From contig NC_068983.1 in the NCBI RefSeq assembly GCF_001194135.2, positions 103,267,181 to 103,331,180 on the forward strand: a stretch of 64,000 bases of DNA, given 5' to 3'. Every line of letters begins with the position of its first letter. The stretch's first letter is position 1. The notes under the pieces were generated by a model that ran no database searches, was not told where the DNA came from, and saw nothing but the letters and a program-made list of their open reading frames with translations. Source of the DNA: Octopus bimaculoides. Lineage: Eukaryota. Below are positions 54,300 through 64,000 of this stretch, piece by piece. Made by a program: the position numbers and the translations under genes.

Positions 54300-55354
54300 A
54301 GACACTGCCCAATGTACAGTGTAGTATGATGTGATGAAACTCATAATCCCATAATTACACAGCCATACCTGAGCCCTCATAGAAAAATATTTGTATGTTT
54401 ATATAAGAAAAAAGGAATGTGCAGTTGAACAGCTAGTGGGAAGTTAAAACACTATATTAACAGTGATGAATTCATACTTCATTAGTGTCTTTTTTTTTTT
54501 GCACTGGTTTTTTTTTTTCACCTAACCATAGTATGCTATCTCCACTTTTCCCAATTTTTCCAATGTACCATGTTTACAGCAGAGGTTAGAGTTAAAGCAA
54601 TACATCTGCAAAGAAGCAAACTAAAGTAACAAACAGGAGTTCAGATTTCTATTTATCTATTCATATCTGAATTATCTATCTTTTAAGCTTCTCTTCTTTC
54701 TTTCTGTACTGAATGGCATTTCAAATCAGAAAAGGTTTTTAAGAATAAGGAAAGAGGAAGGGGTGGATTATATTGACAGAATACAAAAGGAGAAAAATAT
54801 GATTTCTAAGATCTACAAATAGAACAAATTTTTCAAATATATTGTATTCTGTTGTCTTAACAACTACTTTGCTTTCAGCATAAAGGGAAAATAAAAAATC
54901 AAATTTATTTTATTTATTTTTTTATCTTAGAATATACCTTTAGATAGATTCACTATATTTTTATTATAATTGACTTAGTTTTAGCTCAAAAGAAAACAAA
55001 AACGCTTGACAATTTAAAATTAAGGTTCTTATCAAAATATATACTTTTAGATTAACTCAAAGTATACTTTTTATCATAAATTAAATAGAATTTCAAGAAA
55101 AACTCAACAAATTATCAGCCACAAGTAGGTACTAACTATATTTACATAAGTTACATAAGCTTGTCAACTTTCACTTTCAATTTGTAAGATTATCAACTAT
55201 CAAGTTCAACTAGTTTTTTTGCATATAACCCGTTAGTTAGTGGCAGAAAGGTTATTTTCAAATGAGAGACCGGATCCAAATACTTGTAATAGAGTAGACT
55301 CATCCAAGCACTAAGTGAGGATGATAAACCGAGCAATGGATGAACACCCAAGTA

Positions 55355-55590
55355 GGAAGGCTGTGGCAGGATTTGAACTCAGAATGGAAAGGGGTACAGG
55401 AAATTCTGCAAGGCATCCCATCAAATGCTCTACTAATTCTGCCATTTCACTGCTCCAAACTGGTTCTTTATTTATTGCCCTCAAAAGAATGAAAGCAAAA
55501 TTGACTTTGGCAGGATTTGAACTCAGAATTCAAGAAGCCAGAATAAATACAAGGCATCTTAATTGATACTGTCACAACTCTGCCAATTCA
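55355..55590 (-). mobile_element. Two tandem diverged SINE family D fragments
   Basis: The motif ggcaggatttgaactcagaa occurs twice, each followed by head remnants (ctaattctgcca / caactctgccaa). Confidence 0.7.
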
Positions 55591-56059
55591 GTCCTCTGAA
55601 AGTAAAAGTAAAATGGGTTTCTATACTTATCAATAAGACACTCTATCAAAATGGATTCACAAGTGTTAGTACCACAAACGCAGTGACAAAGATATCTAAA
55701 AACTCAGTTTCCAGTGATGCTACAGTGTAAATGTTCTAGTTGATTGATCTCATCAGCTATATCCCTCTCACACATTTGAAACCTTGTATTTTTGTCTTTA
55801 CAAACAAAAAAATTGACTGCATTAACACCACTCAATTATTTGTAATCCTCAGTACAGGAAGACCAAACAAAGTTATGGGTATTGCTCTCCCATCAGAAAA
55901 CAAAATGACACTTGTTATACACACACCAGCATTTCTTAAATCAGAGAAAAATTCCCTTGTACTCATTTGCATCTTTTACTCATCATTATGTTTTAAATTA
56001 TTTTTATGCTGGCTTTCCCAATTGATAGGCTTTATTTAACTACAGGAAGAACTCTATTT

Positions 56060-56568
56060 CAGTAATTCTCAACCAGAGTCCATATAAGATTTTATGGGGT
56101 CCAGGCGAGCAAAATAGTAAATTGGGGATCCACAGTAGTATTTTAAAGGTTCATGAAAATATTTTGCTTTAGTTATATTTATCGAAAGAAACAGCACAGT
56201 TCCTTTCTCCAATGTTTTATATACTTCAACATGTTTCTGGCCACTGAAACGAGTTCCCTAAGAGAGTGCTATTGTAAACCTACACAAGTGGGTATGTGAA
56301 AAACAAAATAGGAAGCAAATTAGTAAATTGGGGATCCACAATAGTGTTCTAAGGTTTCATGAAAAACGTTTCCAGCCACTGAAACATGTTCTATCAGAGA
56401 ATGCCATTGCAAACCTATGCAAATGAAAGTGTTAAAAAAACAGTGTAGGAATTTTGAAAAAAAGTATGTATAAAACTAGTTTTTAAACATTGAATGGTTA
56501 TAGGGGTTCATGAGAGTAAAATAGTCACCTAAGAGGTCAATAGGTAAAAGAATTGTTGAGAACCATTG
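56060..56568. mobile_element. hAT (Charlie-like) MITE with internal tandem duplication
   Basis: TIRs CAGTAATTCTCAAC / GTTGAGAACCATTG; perfect 8-bp TSD CTCTATTT at 56052-56059 and 56569-56576; internal repeat units near 56110-56312 and 56315-56450. Confidence 0.85.
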
Positions 56569-56986
56569 CTCTATTTGAAAGTTTATCTTTTATGACAATT
56601 CTTAATTCGATATCTTGTCAGTAAAATGTTTATTTATAAATATATTTTTTTATAGGTGCTTAGTCTTCCATTTTAAAAACCAAGGGTTTCTTTCATTTTG
56701 TACTGTATCTATCGGTACATACATGCATGTGCACACACACATGCATATGTACCCTATTCTTCTCCCCCTTCTCTTTTTTATTTTACAAACATTTACTGAA
56801 AAATCAAACCACACAGAAAAAAAAAAACATGATTTAATTAAAATGGAAATCAAATTTTAAAAGTAGCACAATTTAATATACCTTCTATTTTACATGAAAC
56901 ATTGTTAAAAACAGAAAACACCTGTTTTATGCAGTGAGATGAAAGAATTATGAGAAGCTGATTGAAAAATTCTTTGTTATAGGATT

Positions 56987-57021
<35 letters not shown>

Positions 57022-58794
57022 CTATAATATAAAAGATTATAGCCATATGTCATGAAATGAATATTGATAAGGATTTATGGTGCATAAGGAATTTATCACA
57101 GGGCAATGAGGACTACTTTGGTTATGCAGAAATGAATTATAAAATGGTAATTTTCCAAAGATATTACTGTAATCGAACTTTAAAGAAACACTAAAAAAAT
57201 AGAATATAATTGAATTAGCAGATACATTCATTTCAATAGTATATGATTTGCTCAGTTTACCAACTTCTTATCTATCTACAAGGTGTGTGTACTAGAAAAC
57301 AAAACTCAAGGAGCTATACACAGAAAAGAAAATCATATGAAAGTAGAATACCATAATTTAAACAGAATTAAAGAGTATAGAGAGTATACAACAAATTCCC
57401 CCTTGCCCACTCCCTAATTATAATCTTCATATACAGTATGTATACATATAGTAGTCTATTCTATAAGCAGAGCAAATTAAATGCAAACTGAAATTCCAGT
57501 TTCATTTATTGAGTATCCAAATGAATCAAGTCACATTAATGGAACCTCAAAGACAGATTCATATTATTTAGATTTTGCTTACAACAAATGTTTTTATCAC
57601 ATCACTCTTACATTTGTTCTTTGCTTCCCCTCATGTCTTTTATTCTCTCACACAGTCTTTTCCTCACACATTACATTTCATCAATTCTCTCTCTATATCA
57701 TATAATTCTCTCACCTCAAAGACATCTTACTTTGTTTTTTGTTAATAGGATCATAGAAATAGACAAATGTCTTCAGATAAAGACAAAATTTGCTACTATA
57801 TTGATTCATGAAGTTACTTTTTGGAGTTTACCTAGGTGTAATTTTTCTGCCAACTGATATGATGCAGAATGTTTATTCAACATCATTTTCCGTAACATAT
57901 GAAATATCTTGTGCATTTTAAACATGGGGCAACTTAATGAAGAGCAGGAGATAAATTGGGGGGGNNNNNNNNNNNNNNNNNNNNGCTGGTTAAAATAGGC
58001 TTTTTGTTAAAAACAGTAATTCCAACCTCTAACACTGTCAAGAAAAATCACCACCCGAAAAAAATCAAGGTGTTACCAAAAATAGTAATGAATAATGCTT
58101 ACTTCCTATTTGTTGGTGATCATTAAGTTCAATTATATTCTACCTGTTGTTGTACATGTGTTTACAAAAAACTGTGATCTCTTCTGTGACATATTTTTAG
58201 TTTTATATAAGTCCATCAATTTTCATTGCAGATTCTACTTTAAATGGAGTAATAAAATCTAAGATATATTAAAAATTAATTTTTAATAACCTGATGAAAT
58301 AAACTCAAAATGAATGATATATTTGGTTACTATTGATGTTTTGCAGTCCCAATTTTTTTCCTTGTGGGTGGGGAAGGTCCATTATAGGAAATATTGCTGC
58401 TGATTTTAATGACTCTTTTGTTTCAATATATATATATAAAGACTATTTATAATATTGCTTTTGATGTTAATGACTTGTGTCTAAAATTTTAAATCATCAT
58501 TTGACTATCAGAAACAAAAAGTAATTTATAAAATGGAATTACTTTTATATATATCTCTGTTAAATCACACTATTCAAGCACCATTTTCCTAAGATGTAGT
58601 TATATAGATAAGACTCCTTTAAGAAAGCAATGATTCATTTAAGGGGTTACAGGACTCTCATTTCTCTGCAAACACAAGTTCTCTCTCTCTCTCTTTCACT
58701 GCTTCATATATTTTTCCTTTGTCTTCTGCTTCCTCTTTCTGGCAGCATATTACAAACATTTTTTTTATATTTCATTATAGGAAATATTGCTGCT

Positions 58795-60606
58795 GGTAAC
58801 CTGAAATTTTGTGGGAAGAGGCTAGTACTTGATTGGTACTTATTTTATCGACCCCAAAAGGATGAAAGGTAAAGTCAACCTCAGCAACATTTGAACTCAG
58901 AATATAAAATGGATGAATAACAATAATCTTTTCTATTATAGGCACAAGGTTAGAAATTTGTAGGAAGAGGACAGTTGATTAAATAACTAATGTTGGATAG
59001 TACTTAGTTTATCATCACTAGTAAGATGTAAAATTAAGTCAGCTTCGGCAAGATTTGAGAAGGACCCATCTACACGCTTAGGAATTTTGGCCAGTGCTTT
59101 GTTGATACTGCCATTTAGAAAATGGTATGGTTCAATGCTCTTCCATCCATCACCCTTCAACAATAATAAATGGATTAGATGCTAAAATCCATCTAGACAG
59201 CATATCAATTATTCTGTTGCAACTTAAAAAAAAAAGCTTTTTAAAATCTAATAATATTAAAATAAAAAGAAAAAACACCAGCTTTCTCAACAACTGCCCA
59301 TAGCCAGGCTAACTATTGCCCTGTGTCCACAAGTTAAGAATCATTGTTAGTAGGTGGTGGTGAGTAGGCAGAATTGTTTGAGCATTGGACAAAAATACCT
59401 TGCTTTACTTAGTCACAGTCCTTAACATTGTGAGTTCAAAGCCTGTAGAGGTAAGCTTTGCCTTTCATCCTTCTTGATGGGAAGGGGCATAAAATAAAAT
59501 ACCAGTCATGTACTGCAGTTGACTTAAGTGCGCTGACCTCCCCACCTCCACTATTTTGGGGGACACTTTCTTATTATTTCATTTTTCTATGTTGTTATTG
59601 CTATCTACTTAATTATGTCTTGGATGTTAGTGCTGGTCTTACCCTTTTACTTCATATACCTACACCACACTATTTCTTGTTTGCATCTTGCCTTCGTAAT
59701 GTCTTCAACATCTTGGGAGGCTTGTAACCAATAAAAGAAATCATTTTTTTTACTATTATTATTATTAACCCTTGACCTATACTTTTAAGTAGTTGTTTCA
59801 ACTTTTGCAAAGATTAGGAAAGATAAAAAAGTAGAAGGTCAAGGTAAATCTGATCTGGACATCTGATAAGCTTTAGACATTAAGCAGAGTTTGATAAGAA
59901 GCTATAAATAATCACTTCCTGTTCTAGATAAATCACCCACCTCCCCACCTTTCTATCACATTTTAGCCTCTGACCAAACATACCTTACTGCTTGTTGTTC
60001 ACATAGAGGAGAAATTATATAATGTAACACTGCATCATTACTACTTGACTGAATGTTATTGTTAACAAGTAGGGCACTCAAGATAGCAGGGATATATCAT
60101 AGTACTAAGTTGGACAGGCTCACACTATCTAGTTCAGTGATTTTCCCATTCTGAGTTCAAAATCTAGCTGGGTCTAGCTTTGCATTTTATTAGTCTGAGA
60201 AGGTTAAAAGCAGTAAAGTAAATTGAAGATTTGTAATATGTTGGACAAAATGCTAGGCAACATTTCTTCTGACTCATTATATTCTGAGCTCAAATTCATC
60301 CTTTCTAGGTCAAAATACTTGTTGAGCATTGGAGTTGATATAACTGACTTCTCCTTCCCCTAAAAATTGCCGGTATTGTATCAAAATTAGAAAGAAAGAT
60401 TCTGAGATAGATAAAAATGGCAAACAGGCAGAATCATTAACATGTTGAACAAAATGCTTCAAGGTATATCTTCCAGCTCTTTATGTTTTAAGTTCAAATT
60501 CCACCAAAGTTGACTTTGCTTGTCATCCTTTGGGGTTGATGAAATAAAGTATGAGTCAAGAAACTGGGTTGATATACTCAACTTGCCCCTCCCATCAAAA
60601 TTGCTG
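58795..60606. mobile_element. Cluster of at least five diverged SINE family D copies in both orientations
   Basis: Copies at ~58795-58905(-), 58925-59115(-), 59351-59560(+), 60215-60400(+) and 60415-60606(+), sharing gagttcaaa / ctttcatcc motifs. Confidence 0.7.
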
Positions 60607-61259
60607 AGATGGATGTGTCAGTAATATATGGAAACCAATTCAAATTATTTCATTATCTTCACTTCTTAAATAATGGATTTGTTCTTAGTTGTAATACTAT
60701 TTTTCTAAATACTTATCAAACAAACATCTCATTTCAGACAAAAGTCATTATTAGATCCATTGCATCATGTTTGCATAAACTGCGAACACTTCAGCCAAAG
60801 GGAAACATGGTTTGAAACAATAGCTGTACCAAGCTCTTCTATCAACAGAATACATGTGAGCAGACTGAACAGCTAAACGGACGCCGACTACCGTGTACCA
60901 CACAATCAACCAACCACTTATATGCATGTGAAGTCTTTTAGTCCCTGATCAGAGTACGGTGTAGCATTTCTGGGGTATACCAGTCTGTTGCACCAAATCA
61001 TTGTACTAGAATTCTGCATCAAAGAACTGTTTGCACAAACGGAATTCACTGAAGCTTATACAACAACATTCAATCATGATCAATAACCTATAACAAAGAA
61101 AAGTTATCTCCAATGAAACTTCATGATCACTAGAGTAATTTTCTCATTGCCTATTCCATGGCTTCGAATATTATCCGAAATAGCTTTGAATCTTTCCTTC
61201 AATTAAAACTTCACCACAGCTATCGCCTTAAATGGATAAAATTAGCAGCCAAATTTCAG

Positions 61260-61400
61260 TTAAATCATACACACACTCCACTGAAAAAGTAGAAAGACGC
61301 ATTGGATAACGCAGTATCAGCTACGAAGTCAGTGTACGAAAAAAGGAGAAGAGAATAATCCGCCCAGCATGGGCGCCGATGAAATCAGTTTTGATCAACT
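61260..61400. promoter_or_regulatory. CpG-retaining, promoter-like segment with a CCAAT box and GC boxes
   Basis: ATTGG at 61301-61305, CCGCCC at 61360-61365 and GGGCG at 61371-61375; locally many CpGs in unique sequence against a CpG-poor background. Confidence 0.35.
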
Positions 61401-62673
61401 TTTAATATGTTCTATTGTGTCAAAAACAAATATTGAGAGCGATATGCAACTACATTTATAAGCTACTGCCATAAAGTATTAAAATTTATAATATCGACAA
61501 TCTTTTGTTAATATTTTCTGATATTAAACACGCAAAAATCCAATTTTACTGATAGTACATTTTGAGACAACAGACCAAAGTTGATAGTAGGAAAAATTAT
61601 TTAGCAAGCCAGCACAAGTAGAACGGAACCACTTCGTTTTAGACAGGAAATTGTAAGATAAGCTCTTTGTTTTAAAAAAACAAAATTGTTCAGATATTTT
61701 TACAATTTATCACCAAACAGCATTCATTTAACATGTGGAAATATTAATATATTTTAGTTTTCTCACAGATATGAAACCATGAAAAATTCAAAATATATTT
61801 AAATAATATATAAGTAACAAAATCATAATAAACCATATGTAAATTTGAGAAATTACTTGGCTTCCCCAAAACATATTGAACGTTAATGATATAAAAAACA
61901 AAAAAGACAACAAAATCGAAGTGCTAAATTTAAAAACCAGATTGCACATACAATGTAGTTTATAAATTAAGTAATGGAAGAATTCCAATAAAGACGAAGC
62001 CAAGGAAAAAAAAAAAAAAACCCCGTCTAATCTGGCGGTTTCATAAAAGTCGAATGAGTGATCAATGACAGTGAATCGGGGAAACGAAATTGACTGATTG
62101 TATTCTTTCAAGTACATGGTTAGCATCAGTGATGTTCGCTTGTCACGGTAAAGGATTTTCTCTCGCAAGACTAAACACCAGTGAGGAAAATTAAATCATA
62201 CAATATTACATTACAAACTACATGAAATTCATTTTCCAAATGTAATTTCCTACAGCTTATAACGAGAAATTTGAAAGAAAAGGAAATTAATAAACTCGAG
62301 AACAATTCTGACAGATGCGGGGGGGGGNNNNNNNNNNGGGGGTGACTAGAGAAGCAATGTGAAGCCATCTTTCTGTGGAGAAAAGAAAAAAGAAAAAAAA
62401 TGCAGTAATCTTATAAAAGGCCGTCCTGGCATGATACTCGGAAATATTTTTGACAAATTACATGTGACTTAATTTTTCTTTCATACCATTATTGTAAAAG
62501 CGTGTTTTAAAGTCAATGTTTTATCATTTTCTCGCTCTCTTATTTCCCCCTGCAATTAGTTATAGGAGAAAATAAATAAAAGAGATACAACTGCAGGGAG
62601 ATGGGAGCATGCTTAGAGTGCGTATGTCTGGGGGTGAAGCCAGCAGAGAAGAATGGCTAATAATAGTTCTTAC

Positions 62674-62764
62674 GTCAACCGAACTACTCCGAATGGGTAT
62701 TGTTTTTGTTCTTAACATTTCTTCACACCTCGTTAACAGAACATTGTCTAATCTCATTAAATGA
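62674..62764 (-). other. Candidate 91-nt 5'UTR/uORF exon
   Basis: Acceptor ttagcattttctgcag| and donor GAC|GTAAGA in a unique CpG-retaining region. Confidence 0.3.
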
Positions 62765-63882
62765 CTGCAGAAAATGCTAATAATTGGAAATCAGACACAC
62801 TAAAAGCACACAATGCTACATTATGTAACAAGAAAAAAAAAAGGAAAAAATAACTTAGACATAAATTATTGACACGAAGTTGCAATTTGAAAAAAAAAAT
62901 CCCAAAATATTATAAATATAGTTAATATTCATAGACGAGCTAATCTTCCGCGCGTAACTGATATACCATTTAGTATGATAGAATGTCTGCGAAGCTATTC
63001 TTCTGAGAGTGGCATGGTGAGTGGAGCTGAGAAACACTGAAATCACCAAAATGGTAACAGACTAGGAGTTACATGAGAGGATTTAGTTGAAAGGACGTCT
63101 GACGGCAATTAAAATCCTACCACACTGAATAAATAGTCAACATTGATTTAAAAATAAATAAATAATAAAGCAAATATATTAAAGCAATGTCTTATATAAT
63201 AAACACACACGCACAACTCTCTCACACACACACACGTTTATTAAGCGATGAAGAATAAATCGATAAAACAAAGGATAAACAATCGAAGTGGGGGGAGGGT
63301 CTAGGACATAGAGTAGAAATGTGTACTGCTATTGGCACAACATCGGAAACCTACTAATTTATTAATTCATGAGTATGAGTTAAACGCACTCTTTTCATAA
63401 ACCAAAATTTATACAAGCAATACACATACATACACCCACCACCCCGTGTGTATGTAGATGTGTTTCTGCGTGCATAATTTTGTAAGTTTTGTTTCTGCAT
63501 AGTTTTTGATCGCATTCCTTGTTTCTCAATTTTCTTACTGAATATATATGCATGTATATAGAATAAATAAGCGAATAAAAATATACATAGAACACTATTA
63601 ACATTATTTGACTCTGCTTTCCATCATTCGGGAGATCGATAGAATAAATAAAATAAATGCCAGGAATATACTGTGATTGTTTGAGTCGACTATTTTTTCT
63701 TAATAAATAGTAGCTCTCGAACCCATGTTAGAAATCACTTTAGTTATCAATCATTAAGAAATTAATCAAGAAAAGAAGAGGGGCCAGGTTTCGTGTGTAT
63801 TTCTGTGTATATGTTTGTGCGAGTGTAAATATATATACACAGTACATATATGAGATACAATACACACACAAATGGTGTGTAA

Positions 63883-63923
<41 letters not shown>

Positions 63924-64000
63924 ATATATATACATACATATCTATATATACATGTGTGTGTATATATATATACATACATATCTATATACATATATATATA

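Overview
AT-rich, microsatellite-dense eukaryotic DNA. The tRNA-headed SINEs and RTE LINE tails look like those of coleoid cephalopods, most likely Octopus; this rests on recalled repeat families, not a search. Only one host coding exon is supported: a 127-bp minus-strand exon (13142-13268, AG/GT bounded) encoding the first C4 zinc finger of an NR1-type nuclear receptor. No GFFRR or second-finger exon was found in bases 1-13141, and no other coding exon in the ~50 kb upstream, so the window appears to be mostly very large introns and 5' region of this gene. Several candidate 5' exons and a CpG-retaining, promoter-like zone lie near 61-63 kb. The rest is transposon debris: several SINE families, RTE and R4/Dong-like LINE fragments, a Penelope GIY-YIG fragment with inverted pseudo-LTRs, hAT-, piggyBac-, Tigger- and Merlin-like MITEs, and a Helentron-type non-autonomous element, some nested. 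The most unusual structures are a 25-nt hairpin-templated insertion between tail-to-tail RTE ends (12139-12349), a ~330-bp near-perfect palindrome with a hammerhead-like core (46692-47018), and tandem splice donors that could toggle an N-terminal extension versus a uORF (53270/53294). No prokaryote-type novel system is supported. Repeat-family names and repeat boundaries are by-eye and approximate unless TSDs or TIRs fix them.
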